NCBI GenBank assembly: GCA_002269645.1
Contig: NIVC01001893.1
Span: 1 to 64,000 of the forward strand
Source of the DNA: Macrostomum lignano
Lineage: Eukaryota
Direction of reading: 5' to 3'
Length of the DNA stretch: 64,000 nt
Shown here piece by piece: positions 14,413 to 27,554 of this stretch (position 1 is the stretch's first letter; every line of letters starts with the position of its first letter). The position numbers and the translations under genes are program-made. A model generated the notes under the pieces. That model was not told where the DNA came from. It saw only the letters and a list, made by a program, of their open reading frames with translations, and made no database searches.

Positions 14413-14678
14413 TTGGCTTCTGGTATAAATACTTCAGTATTACGAGTATGTCTATGGCCAAACTAGAATTGTCTTTCGCAGCCTTATAGACAGACGTCAA
14501 GGTAAAACTCCTCAAAGAATTATGAATAATTGAATTCGAGTGTTGGTTCGTGTTTAGCAAAACGATCCCAGACATGTATAGAGGCCTCTGCATTTAAAGC
14601 CTTATATTTGGTCTGGAAAGGCTTTATTAGTGCCGGAGGACCTTGGGTGTAGCTATATCAGTTTAGGCATCGAATGCA

Positions 14679-15383
14679 TCATCCAGCACAGCTGAAACAG
14701 CCAAGTCCGTTGTTGTGGACACCGGACAGAGCTGGAGTCTGGGGCTGCGCGGACTTCTGACGCCTTGGTGTGGAAGGCGGCATCGTTGGTGGCTGAGCGG
14801 GTGGCCGGTAGCAGGGCACCGGGCTGTAATACTCAAACTCGGACCGGTCAACGTACAGCAGCACTTCCTGCTCGCCGCTTCGATAATATCGGCATAAAAT
14901 CTTTCTACGTCGTTCAGTCAGCTCAAAATGAATTCGGGTTCGGTAAGCTCGATAAGACAAAATGATGCCGTCGTCCAGGTGAAAGCCGGCCACGAGTTCG
15001 TATTTTGAGTCTGCTTTCTGGCCGAGTTTCTCGTGAAATTTTCTGCGCAATCGTTGCGCCCGAGCCTCTTCCATGACGTCCGGCTCGCGGAAGGCGGCCA
15101 GCGCAGCTAAACGGCGTCGGCGACTTCGACGAGAGCCGGTGGAGCCGGAGTCCGCCCTGCCGCACCGGCCGTGTCCGCCGACACTTCCGCTCAGATCGGC
15201 ACCGCCGCTGCCGACGCCTCCGCTGGGTTCAACGCTGACAATCCTAGCTGCGGCCGCCGTGAGAGCGTTGGCGGCGGCCGGCACGGTGGGCACCACGACT
15301 CCGGGGATGCGCTTGAGCTTGATGCTCGGCAGGTCGGCTTCGAGCAGGGCGCCTGGTACACCTGCTGGGAAGGAATTCGACAA
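14679..15383 (-). CDS. Uncharacterised protein (Ala/Gly-rich N-terminus, globular core, Pro-rich tail); possible upstream exon near 16047-16120
   Basis: 234-aa GC-rich ORF with a non-repetitive core (KYELVAGFHLDDGIILSYRAYRTRIHFELTERRRKILCRYYRS). The ORF has no ATG start. A phase-1 donor near 16047 fits the acceptor CCCAGCAG near 15365. Confidence 0.6.
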   Translation of the reverse strand: MSNSFPAGVPGALLEADLPSIKLKRIPGVVVPTVPAAANALTAAAARIVSVEPSGGVGSGGADLSGSVGGHGRCGRADSGSTGSRRSRRRRLAALAAFREPDVMEEARAQRLRRKFHEKLGQKADSKYELVAGFHLDDGIILSYRAYRTRIHFELTERRRKILCRYYRSGEQEVLLYVDRSEFEYYSPVPCYRPPAQPPTMPPSTPRRQKSAQPQTPALSGVHNNGLGCFSCAG

Positions 15384-16773
15384 ATAAGATCGGTTGTGAC
15401 CGTCATTTCAGAGCATTAGTTTCCAATCGTGAGAAAAACATTTTTCATATTAAAACGCCTTAAAACTACTTATGACATGGTTTTTCAAGCGTATAGTTAG
15501 TAGTTAAACCAGTAAATAATCTAAAAGAAGTATGGTCATGGCTTGTCAACAGATTGTGCGTATAAGAGTAATATTTGCATATACTGTACTATACTACACT
15601 ACACTACACTACATACATACATGCCTACATGCATACATACTTGCATACATACTACATGTATGCTTGGGTTGGATATCCCTAGACAAAATATATAACACAT
15701 ATGCAGGTTTTGTGTAACAGCCCATGAGACCAATTATAACAAAGATTGTACATCCTATACTGTAGTAGCTTTGGTGTATTACGTGGGGGTCATTTTTATT
15801 GCGGCTGAACTCAGATTTCTTTTGAATAAATTAAAAATATTACGTATTGTCGTGTTTTAAACATAGAAAAAAACAAAATAGAAGTTTTAGAAAAATTATT
15901 AAGTCAAAAGTATATAGCTTCAAAATAGAATAGCTAATAAAAATCGTTTTTAATCAAATTTGATTTTGTCTTTTTTATTGAAAACGACTTTCGAAAACAA
16001 GTGGAACTAGAAAACATTTTTGACTTTTTCCCTACACTTGCCAACTCCGTGCGGTCGAAGACTGCCACCGCGGCTGCTACCTCTGGAGCCCATCGGTTGA
16101 GCTGTCGGTGGCGGCATGGTTGCAGAGCTTAGAGACAGGTGAAACGGATTAAAATAGTCTCCTTGAATGTCCTCTTTGTCCTCTGAATACAGTTGTTTTC
16201 TGCTTGCTTCTTGTCCTTTTATATTCGCTCGTACGTCTGAATATGCAGATTTCCGGCACCGCAATTTATCCCACTTAAGCCAAAGTCACTTCGAATTGCA
16301 TGCCTCTGAGAAAGGACAACTGGTCCACCAGGGCAATTACAGCTGGGATTTGCGGCTTGTTAGCGGCTGAGCGTCGAACAGTTGGGAAGCAGAAATGACG
16401 ATTTCGTAATGGTTCTCTTGCTTGAAAAGATTGTGATGCAAAAATAGATGTTCCAGACGGATCTTGTTTGACTTTAGATTGCCTTACTTCAATAGTACAG
16501 CCTGCAATGAAAGATGGTTCGCATTTCCAGGGGCCAAAAGATTCGATCCAGGGTATTGCACTCTTACGAGCGTATGAAGTTTTACTAGCTCGTACGAGCT
16601 TATCTCTACTTCTTTAAGAAGCTGTACTCATCAACAGTCAAAATTGTCCCTGTCTCTCAGTTGAGTGGCACGCTTGTGAGACGCTTGTTGAGAACAACCA
16701 TTGACAGAACAAGGTCTACTCGTATGTTTGAGGAAGAAGCGATTTAAGAAGAGTCCATTTATCTGTTGACGCA

Positions 16774-17000
16774 ATGGTTCGACGAATAACTGACGGAGAA
16801 CGCTGGTATGCTCGATGCCGCGGTTTGTCGATTCAAGAAGTTGCCCGTCGATTTGGTCGATCCCACTCAGCAATCCGCATGCTGTACTTAAAGTCCATGG
16901 AGACGGGAGTGTGGCTCGTTGCGGCAAAGAACGTCATGATCTATGCAGCACCACTGTCAGAGCCAACCAAACAACTCGACGGCGGGTCAAGAGGGCTGCT
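16774..17000 (+). pseudogene. Tc1/IS630-type transposase N-terminal HTH relic
   Basis: MVRRITDGERW...GLSIQEVARRFGRSHSAI...ETG(S)VAR with a frameshift near 16905. No DDE core or TIRs seen. Confidence 0.45.
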
Positions 17001-17214
17001 TCATTCCAAAATCAGATATTCGATGCTTGGTGCCTTGAATATAATCGTTTTTTATGGAATTTAAGACATGATTTAGCCATAGATGGTGTTGCAAAAAGCT
17101 CGTATTTTGAATTGACTTGAATCAGCATAATTGTTTGAAAGTATTCACTTTTTTCTGCACTAACTATTGAAATGGAAATACATGGAGTTATTTATTTGAA
17201 AAGCATCTTCAATT

Positions 17215-18935
17215 ATGCTGGCAGCAAACAAAAGGCACATAATTTCATCTTACCTAGTTATGATGGTGCTGTTCTTTTGCAAAACTTCCGAGAGTCTGCT
17301 GCAGCCGTCTGTTCGAATCTACGTTTACCAGCAGGTGTGCATGAGCAAAGGAATATCCTTAGCCGTGTGCGAGTCGCACTCCCAAGGCGACTCTCAATCA
17401 AAGAATCGACTGCACATGACGGACGAACAGCAGAGTATCGTTCAGCGTACGGCATCCAAATACCTCTTGGCCTACCGCATGCTGGTGAACCTGCCGGCTG
17501 TGTTCTTCAGCGTGTTCGCCGGCTCGTGGAGTGATCGAGTTGGCCGCAAGTATCCCATGATGCTGCCGCCGTTGGGAGCTATTTTAGCAACAGTTTGCTA
17601 CGGCGCTAGCAGTGCAATCGATGACTCCACAAATCTAGGCTGGGTGATGGCCGGAGCCGCAGTGTACGGCTTTTCGGCAAGTCCACGGTCATGACCATTG
17701 CCTGTAGCAGCTACGTCGCCGACATCAGCAATGCTGAGGATCGAACAAAGCTGCTAGGGCGGTTGCTTGCTATGAACTTCTTCGGCGTTTTCGTTGGATC
17801 ACTGCTCACAAGTATATTTCAATGCTTTAACAGCGTCAACTCCATGCTCCTAGTCGTCTTGGTAATTAACTTAGCCATCGAGTTGACAATTGTCTTATTT
17901 GTCCACGAGTCTGTAGAGTCCGCCGAGAGCGCTAGCTGCTACCAGTTGGTCTGTCCGTGCATGAACACCGACACTAAAAGCTGGGCAATTCGCGATTCCA
18001 TCGGATTTCTGCTTCGTCGAAGGCCGCAACAACTACTGTTGCTGTTCTTGTTTGTGTCATTGTGTGTTAACCAAATATGCAAGCAAGGCGAGCACGACGT
18101 ACTTTTGTTGTTATCAAAGCACGAACCGTTCAACTGGCCGGGTCATTTCTACGGTTACTATCTGTCAGTGTACTATGCCAGCATGGGACTCAACCTAGTG
18201 GTCATCCTGCCAATTATGATGCGCTGGATGGATCTGCGCGACTCCGTACTCGTCATGGTCGGCTTATTTATGAAAATCATTCGGATGGTGATAATTGGCA
18301 CCGCAACTTCAACTTTAATGCTTTACTCCAGCGCTGTTCTAGGCTGCTTCGCTGGTTTCATTGTATCTGCAATAAAATCAATGACTTCGAAGCTAGTTGA
18401 GGAGTCAGAAATTGGTCAGACGTTCTCATTGCTGTCCTGCGCAGAATCCGTTGCAAGCCTGGTTGGACCCTCGCTGTTCTCGCCTATCTATGCCTCTACC
18501 GTGGACATCTTTCCAGGCTCGGTGTTCTGTCTGGATGCCGGGGTTCAGATTCTGTTGCTATGTTGTTTCTTCCGAATCTACTTAACCAAAGGCGATATCA
18601 AAGTCTACGAGAATGGAGATGTCAAGTCCATAAGTCCAGAAGATGCCAACGCCGAAAGTGCACCAGAAACTAACAGACGTGATGAAGCAAGCGAAATCCA
18701 AGTCAGCTCAGTTGACGAAAGTGGTAGTGACGTAAAGGCCGTAGAAAAATCCATTGCTAATGACAATCAAGCTGACGCCATTGATACCGGAACTAACGAC
18801 CTTGATTGTGAAAAGAGTAGCAAAAGCGATTTAAGTACCAACGAATTGCATGCAGTAAATCAAAAGGCAGAAGCAGCAAGCTCGAAGGACGTGGAGGATA
18901 ACGTTGAAGTCAATCCAGAAAGCAAGTCCCGGTGA
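17215..18935 (+). CDS. SLC46A: SLC46-family MFS transporter (PCFT/HCP1-like), copy A, one frameshift
   Basis: AGSWSDRVGRK and SYVADIS...RT motifs with multiple TM segments. ORFs 17215-17694 and 17691-18935 join if one T is added to the T-run 17671-17674 (the paralog reads GGC TTC TTC GGC AAG). Confidence 0.85.
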
Positions 18936-19714
18936 TACTGTTTATCTGTTTGATATATATATTTTACGTTTAATTTGTCTAAGAATATAAAAATGTTAAA
19001 ATTTCATTGCCCGTTTTCGTTTTGATCAGAATTTATCATATTCGATCATATTGTGTGTATTTATTCACAATCAAATTAAATTAATGTTGCTACAGAGAAG
19101 TTTAAAACTGCGCATTAGAGTTTCATTATTAATACAAGTACAACTAAACGTAAAATCATTGAAGCTTTTAAGAATATACCAAATAATCATATCTAATGCA
19201 ATGAAATCAGTAACTCTCTAAGATCTGACATTTAAATACACCAAAATTATATGATCATTTTAGCTGGTCATCTACAGATATTCTGCCTGTGCAATAGTTG
19301 CATACACGATGGTTGGAAAAATCTGGTCTAATTTTTTAAGCCAGCGTGATTGCCATTCAAGAATCGCTTGATTAATGATTGCTGGCGGTGAGGGCCTAAC
19401 GCATTATGCAGAACGATGTAAACTTAGGGTATTATCAGTCTCAATTCTGTTCCGGAAGTAGAATATATCAAATGGAAATAATAGCACGAGTTTACGAGCT
19501 ATTTTGCTGTTTCAAAAGTTGGCTTTTAACTGTGGAGTTCGCGGTACGAAACTGGGCGGCAACTGCCATTTTAGGCTTTGTAGTTCTGATTCAAATAGAT
19601 CGAACTACCATAGGAATAGCACTCAGTAAATAGATAATTCAGAGTTCCGAGCAAGCATTAACTTAAACGCGTAAAGACTGAAACTTTCAAGAGCCTGCGT
19701 CACTAGGAAGCAGG

Positions 19715-21303
19715 ATGCTGACGGACTATGCAAAACGCCGCATCCGTCCTACATTGTGATGCTGGTGTTCTTTGTCTACAAAGCTTCCGAGAGTCTGCTG
19801 CAGCCGTCAATTCGAATCTATATCTATCAGCGGGTGTGCATCGGAGAGGGCATGTCCAAGACTGAGTGCGATTCCGACGACTGGAACTTGATTGGCAAGC
19901 ATCACATGACGGCCAACGAAGAGAACAAGGTACAGCGGGAGGCGTCCAAGTACCTGTTGCTGTACCGTGTACTCTTTAACCTGCCGGCCGTGTTCTTCTG
20001 CTTTTTTGCCGGATCGTGGAGCGACCGCGTGGGTCGCAAGTACCCGATGATGCTGCCTCCTCTTGGCGCTGTTCTCGCTGTCGGCTGCTTCGCTGTCGGT
20101 AGCGCGGTCGGAGGCGCCGCGACTCTCGTCTGGGTGATGGTCGGCGCTACTGTGTACGGCTTCTTCGGCAAGTCTACGGTCATGACCATGGCCTGCAGCA
20201 GCTACGTGGCCGACACAAGCAGCCGCGAGGATCGAACGAAGCTTCTTGGTCGACTTGTAGCAATGAACTTCTTCGGCATCTTCGTGGGATCTTTGCTTAC
20301 CGGCGTGTTTCAGAGTTTCGGCAGCGTCTATTCCATGCTGATCGTCATCTTGGTTGTCAACCTCGTGCTCGAGCTGATCATCGTGTTGTTTGTCGTCGAG
20401 TCCGTGGAGTCCACAGACGGAGCCGGCTGTCTTCAGCTGGCGTGTCCGTGTGTGAACACCGCCACCAGGAGCCTCTCTGTGCGAGACTCTATCGGCTTCC
20501 TACTGCAAAGACGTCCACAGCAGGTCATAATTTTATTTTTATTAACTACGTTGTGCATAAACCATATTGGAAAACAAGGAGAGCAGGACGTGCTATTGTT
20601 GTTTGTAAAGCACTCTCCATTGAGCTGGCCAGGTCAGTACTACGGCTATTATTTATCGGTGTACTTCGCGTGCATGGGACTCAACCTGGTGCTCATTTTG
20701 CCCCTGCTCACGCGCTTCATTGGCCCGCGCGACTCCATTCTTGTAATATTCGGTCTTCTGATGAAGAGTACTCGCTTAGTGATCATCAGCTTAGCGCAGA
20801 CAACGTGGTTGATGTTTTTTAGCGCTGTGATCGGCTGCTTTGGCGGTTTCATTGTTTCTGCGACAAAATCGATGATCTCCAAGCTGGTGGATGAGGCTGA
20901 GATTGGACAGGCATTCTCGTTCATTTCCTGCGCGGAAATCATAGGAAGTCTTATAGGACCGACTCTGTTTATGTTAATCTACAAAGCGACAGTCGAAACT
21001 TTTCCTGGTATAGTATTTTGCTTCGATGCTGGTTTGCATCTTCTACTATTATTTTTCTTTATTTTAATCTACTTTAGCGATACAGATCCTGATGCAAGCA
21101 ACAAAGTTAATACGGAAGCTGAGGGCGTTGGTAGCGGCAATGTCCTCAGTTCCACTGCCTCCAGCGACGTTGCTGTTGACGTTAGCAAAGACACTAACGA
21201 GCAAGTACAAACAGACGAAAGGGAGAACAGAAAGTCAAGTACTGATGACGTTGAACCAAGTGAATTCACATCAGAAAGCAAAACCGATAATGCAATTGAG
21301 TAA
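19715..21303 (+). CDS. SLC46A: SLC46-family MFS transporter, copy B
   Basis: 515-aa ORF from 19756, colinear with copy A. The ATG at 19715 (MLTDYAKRRI) is 41 nt upstream versus 42 nt in copy A, implying a 1-nt deletion; ATG 19759 is the in-frame alternative. Confidence 0.88.
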
Positions 21304-23439
21304 TCAGCTTTAATTCACTGCTATATTATATTCAAAAACCTAATTTATGTTTGTCTCGCTGTTTATTCTTATAATCCTAACTGGAGTAGGCGCTCGTAAC
21401 TTCAATGAATAACGTTCGTTGTTAAGCAAAATCCTTGCGCTTGATATTAAAATCCTCCTTTGGCGTTTATCAAGTGTATCTATATATTTATGTAATGAAT
21501 CTGTAGTCTATTGTCCTGATATCTGATACCTGCTGATACCAAGTACCTCGCTTCGCTCGCCTCGGAGCCATCAATTTCAGCTTCGGACTTTCTATCCCTA
21601 GAATGCACATGAAACGACCATGATCAGATACTGATTTAACTTTGTTTCTTACTTGTCATGACTAAAATCGAATTATAAAAATAAATTTGAATGGTAATTG
21701 GTCAGCGTTTCATTACAGGAATTTCATTCCAGCCTTGAGATCATTATTATTCTGCTCTAAGATAGTGTCAAATAATTCAATCCATGCATTAAACACGCAT
21801 ACACATGCACGAGCTCATAGTTTCTAAAGTTTCTCAAGAAGTACAAATTAAGTCAAATTATTTTAAAAGACTACACGAAGTCTTTGTAAAGTGAAACATG
21901 CAAAATCGTTCTCACCCTTCTCAGTAGCATCAGCGTCGCAGGCTATTTCATCCTCGTCGTTAGCAGCCGTTGGACAGTGTACAGTTCTAACTAATTCCTG
22001 ATCGCTACTGTCCAACCAGATTAGATCGGCATCGACAACAGCTTGCTCTGGCGATGTCATGAAACTCTGCTAGAAATTTCTACTTTAAGTTGGTCTCAAA
22101 TAGTACATGTACGCGCAGAAATGGAAAGCAACCTGCAGCTTTAGGCCTTTGTTAAGTTTTTCTCTCTGCAATGGCTTCCCTCAGCACTTCTTTAAGTCAA
22201 GTCGTTTCCTCCTAAATAGCTAGTGGCCCAATAGAAAGCGTCTATATCCATGCGGCGCGTGACGTGAATGAGGTTATGCTTATAGGCTTGGTGTGCAGGA
22301 TCAGAGCTGGAAGATTTGTATAGAAATTGCAAGGGCTAATTGTACAAAACGCCGCGCATGCCTTGCAGGTAACCGTATGGAAAGCGATAATCGCCACGTA
22401 AAATGTCCCGGCGTGCAATGAAAGGGGCTTTTCCTTCACTATATAAGTCGTGCAGCATGCCAATGCCAAGAGGGAAGTTAAGAACACACTTAGATACAAG
22501 CTCCCATTGATTGAAGAGAGAGAGAGAGATCTTTCCTGCCGCGCAGAAATATGTTGCAGCTAAAGCGATTTAGGAGCCTCTCGCCCTGCTGCCTGCCCTG
22601 CATGGTTGCACTGATAGGTGAGGGTTTATAGTAGTCGTATTATTTCATATACTGCCATAGGGACTTGAAAAGCGCACGAAATGTATAAGCGAGCAGTGTG
22701 GTGGCAAACGCATGCCCCCATACATATAGGTCATCTACCTCAGGACCTACGAGTATACATGTATCAGAGAACGAAATCAATCCAAAACTCTTTTCGTGCA
22801 TTCATTATACACTCAAGAAGTTCCAGATGTTTTACTTTTTCAGTTCCCCCTATAAGCACTTATGAAAATTCCTATTGAATTGACAGGTCTATATGAATGC
22901 TGATTATAACATAGCTTGAGTCTGTTTAAGCCTAATCCAAGAAATCGATTTATAAAACGCGGACTGTTAAGTCAAATCAGCTTAGCTGAGGCTGAGAAAC
23001 TTCCTGGAAAATATTGAACCGGGAAAAAAACTCGCTAAGCCGTCTGAGAATGCTTGCTAGAATTTTCTCTCGCAAAGCAGCTGCTTGCTTGACGTTCAAG
23101 TCTGACAAAAGTGCAAAACCATCTTTCGACGATTCATCAAACCAGGATTTCGTACACAGATATATTGAAAATCTCTTAAACTGGTAGGTTCCGATTTTAA
23201 ACCATCTGTTTTGAAAACATCCAGGAATTCTAGAAAAAAATTTAAATGATTGATGTGCCCAAAACACTAGGCTTTAAATATTGACTTTCAAGCCCAATTC
23301 TACAATCGTTGACACACTATAAACGGCTTTTAAACACACATCAAAATGATCCATTAAATCCTAAAAGCACTCTCTTACACATAAGCCTTGCTTCTTGAGA
23401 TGTTTAAAACTTGTTTGTATACCTTATGCATATGCCAAG

Positions 23440-23762
23440 AGCTGCTAACACGCTGAGTGATAACTCAGCGTGTTAGCTTGATGCACAAGCTTGCATCAAG
23501 CATCAAGCAATGCATCTTGATGCATCTTGCATCAAGCAATGGATAAATAATCAGCGGTCCCAGTGCGTCACGTGCTGCGACCGCTGATTCTTTGCATTGT
23601 TTTTCTGTTTGACGATCCTACAGACAATGCATTGTTTGTAGTAATGGATTGTTCTGCATTAAAAATGTGCATAATGATCGTCAAATTGCTAAACAATGAT
23701 GCTTGATGCATCAAGCGCGTGTTAGCTTGATGCATAACTTGATGCACAAGATAACGCGCTTG
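23440..23762. mobile_element. Palindrome-rich ~320-bp element, unclassified
   Basis: 15-bp stem 23444-23458/23463-23477; 11-bp stem 23549-23559/23579-23589; perfect palindrome GCTTGATGCATCAAGC at 23701-23716; many TTGATGCA motifs; ATGCCAAG direct repeat at 23432-23439 and 23763-23770. Confidence 0.5.
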
Positions 23763-26486
23763 ATGCCAAGGTTGAATGGGACTTTATTCAACGAACGAAA
23801 AAAAGCCTCATAATAACAAAAGAATCAAGACAAATCCAATATCAAAAAAACTTATAACGTTTCCTTTAATCACAAATAGCGTGGAAATTGGGAGTTACTT
23901 TAAGGAGGACGAATAAAAAGTTGCGCTTTCATTACTGTTTTAATTTTTCTGTAAATTTATCAGTAGCTTGCAGAAATATTTGCTGACGCGGCAGGTTCTT
24001 ATAAAAAAGTTTCCGAAGCCGAAAAGCATAATTATTGTTATAGCTGTTGATAATAATAAAATCGTTTTTTTTTCAAAAGCATAACAAAATTAAAATATTG
24101 GATAAGTGTTGAGATTTTTAACAATGACGGGCAAATATCGATTTGTGTTAAGCGCTAATGGCCGGCATAATAAGTGTGTATATATGGGTTTTAGCGGAAC
24201 CGTGTGTGAACTAATTAGCGATTTGACACAATTTACAAAGACCCTGCAATTTAAAAAAAATTAGTTAAAGACAAAAACTTTTGATGACCACGTACAGTTT
24301 CGGTGGGAAGAAAATCCAAAAAACAAATACTAACTTTAATATACTTCAACGACAAAAGGACAAGAAACAAAAAGGATTGAATGTTGGATTCGAAGTTGTA
24401 AAACGGTGACGCGTTCCGTAGACGGGGTACTTTAATTTGTAGGTTTCTTATCGATTTTCTGTATCGGATCTGTCAGCGATAGTAGAGTGGATGAGTTGTT
24501 ATTAGGCTTAGACTTATTTTATCACAAATGGGGTTGGGGTTAATGTGGGGTGCGCGTAAGCGTTGGGGTGGGTGAGAGCTTTTCACGCACTTTATCGCCG
24601 CTGGTTCACAATTGTTGAACATTGGACAGAAGTCTTGCGTGCGCGCGTTGGCCTGACAGTTTTTTATCGATTTTCTAGTAGGCCGTAAAATGTCTACCCC
24701 AATCTTTATAACCCTTTACTGTTATCGACCGTATGCAATCGATACTGGCTTTCAATGTGCGTGTGGAGTGAAAGCAAGCCTAAATTAACTCTCTCGCTGC
24801 TAGCCAGTACATTCAGCGTACAGAGTGGGTGGGTTGGTGTTCATCAGTTTCAAGACGTCTTAAACCCTAATTATCGACTGCTACAGCTGAAAAGCAAGGA
24901 CGACTTAAGTAGAAGGACGGGAAACCTCGTTTCTTAGAAAATTTAGAAGGCAGGTTTTCCCGAAAAAATACACTACGGAGATTGGAAGTTTTCATTTTTT
25001 CAGCGCAAAAAATGTTATTGCTTTTGATAGGAGGCAGATCCCGTGTTTATTTTTTTATATATTGTGCTTTTCTTATTGCTCTATCGATATTCATAAAGCT
25101 TTACGTTCAAAGAATTAGGATTCTATCGTCCGTCCTTGCTAAAAAAAGTCGCACTTTAAATGGGGAATTTAACTACGTTTTACTCGAACATTAGTAATCA
25201 TTATTATAACAAGCAGCAAAAGTAGCAGTAGTAGTCTACTAAGATATAATGTGATTATTAACAGAGAATCGCTTTAAATGACCAACATTTTTAGAACAAC
25301 TTTAGATAAACAAACAAATTAGATGAATAAAAAAGACGTCAATGTAATTTTTTGAGGGGAAAAAGTCGAAATAGTTTTTAACCAAACACCGCAAAAACAA
25401 TGAAACTTTTAGCACTTACTGTGTCAATAAAATAAAACAATATTACAACAGCCTACAAAGCCTATAGAAACTCGTAAGAAGGATCAATATGTAATCCTAA
25501 ATTAAGCTTGACGTTAGTTAGGGTCAGAGAATCGATAGCTAAGAAACATACCACTTCAGTAAATATATTCGGCGATGTATATTACGTTTGTTATTAAGTA
25601 AAGTAAACAAAATATAACGCAAATGGCTTACAACAATCAGCTTAGTTAATTGACAGTCAGTATTTGCTTAGTGATACCATAAGCAGGGTTTCTTTATTCA
25701 CAGCTGTGCAAACGTGTCTGCTGTACAGGTGTGCTTGGAATACAGATGCACTTTTAATTAATTAAGCTCAAGTCACGGAGAAGCTAAATTTGTAGTACAA
25801 GTACAACAGAGATTTAAAGGTCGAATTTCTACTTCAAGCGTGGACATACTACTACTGTAGCTTGCTTTTCAGAGCGATAAGTAGCATATATCCGATTTTG
25901 CTGAAATAAGTTTGATGAAACAACAAAATTATTGTTTACTCCAGTTTTGTATAGATCCGGTGCATAGATATTAAGGTACTATTTAAAAAGATGTGATTTA
26001 TAATGAATCAATATTTACATGCATACGGATGGCGACAATACGATCCCAGATAGTGTCAGTCTAACACAGATGCTGTGTATACCATATTTAAATATGAAAT
26101 ATAGATTATTAAAAGATAAAGAATTAATAATAAACATAGCACAGTAAAAATGGTTACAATTGGGTTCAAAACAAAATAGAAATTTAAGCGATAGAACTAG
26201 CAGAGAAAAATATAGTTTAGAAAACGTTTATATGGGTCTTATCTAATTTTAGAGACTTCTTTAGAAGCGCTTACAATTGAAAAGAAAACACGTTTGCTTT
26301 TTTGTTAAAAAATGAGACAAAAAACAATAAATTAATGTGCAGGATAAAAAAAAAAAAACAAAAACGAACACAAACCCAGTGAACAAAAACACACACACGC
26401 CCTAAACCAATGGAATCCATCAGCAATCTACTATCAATCAATGTATCGTCGCAAATCTTCACTGTTTCTCCAATTAAACTGTTGCT

Positions 26487-27356
26487 TTAATTCTTCTTCT
26501 CCTTGCCAAACGGAATCGAGGCCCGAATAGTGGCGTTAACCTGGCGATAGCGGTCGAGCAGTTGGACGAGTACAGCGTCAACCTTCTTGTAATAGACGCT
26601 GTAAGCCTTGGGCAGGCAGAATGAGCTGACCAGAGCAAAGCTAACCAGGGTCAGAGCGTTGAACCAGCTGCCAACGTATGTCAGCACAATTAGACAGCAG
26701 AAGAATTTCAGCGTGCGAACCGAATCGCGAAACAGTAGCAAATCTAGCAGCACATTAACGTCGCGCTCCATGCAAGCCAGACGACTGTCTACGAAGTTAA
26801 TGACGCAATCACGAGGCAGACGGATCGGTTCGCTCAGACAGGCCAGTAGGTCCTGCTGCTGCTGCTGCTGCTGCTGTTCACCGCCGCTGCCAGTTCCAGC
26901 AACTCCGCGTTTAACAGTAAAAGCGTAGAGTCGAACAGCGCAAGTGCAGAGCAGAGCGGCCAGGCCAAGGTAAGCCAGCACGGATACAAACGACAGCGAC
27001 ATGCAGGCCCATAGCAGCGTCAGAGACGAGAACAGTACAGCGCCCGAACGCTTCGGATCCGACCAGAGTAGAAGCGATTTCAAACGCGGATCGGCCCTCT
27101 CCAAATAGGAGCAGCAGAGTAGCATCTTGTTGGGATCGGAATCAGACGTTTCCTGTGGCTGTTTCTGCTCCTCCTGCTGAACCGGTTGCTGCTCCGGCTG
27201 GGCTGGGGGCGAAGCACTGGCCGGGGCCTGGTCCCCCGTGCCGAAAGCGCTTTCAAGAGCTTCAAAATCGTCGTCGAGTTTCTTAGTGCCGTCGCCTCCG
27301 GACGGCTGATCGAACGGCTGCTCCAGCAGGTTTTGCTGCTCCTCGCTGTCAGACAT
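26487..27356 (-). CDS. RTN: Reticulon (RHD protein), intronless CDS
   Basis: LLLWSDPKRSGAVLFSSL...SFVSVLAYLGLA, second hairpin LTYVGSWFNALTL and C-terminal IPFGKEKKN; 289 aa with a short acidic N-terminus. Confidence 0.93.
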   Translation of the reverse strand: MSDSEEQQNLLEQPFDQPSGGDGTKKLDDDFEALESAFGTGDQAPASASPPAQPEQQPVQQEEQKQPQETSDSDPNKMLLCCSYLERADPRLKSLLLWSDPKRSGAVLFSSLTLLWACMSLSFVSVLAYLGLAALLCTCAVRLYAFTVKRGVAGTGSGGEQQQQQQQQDLLACLSEPIRLPRDCVINFVDSRLACMERDVNVLLDLLLFRDSVRTLKFFCCLIVLTYVGSWFNALTLVSFALVSSFCLPKAYSVYYKKVDAVLVQLLDRYRQVNATIRASIPFGKEKKN

Positions 27357-27554
27357 GTTGCTTTTTAGTCAGAGAGAATTCTGTCTTTTGTTACAATTAG
27401 AATTGTCTATTCAGCTATTAATAGCTTCTTGCAGAATGGGCATGCAAGAAATCCAAGTACTTTCAATGCGATCGGGGTAATCGAAATCGGAAACATAGAC
27501 AACAAAAAGCTATTCTTGAAGATGTGAGTGAAAACTTGAATGACTTCGATTGCT

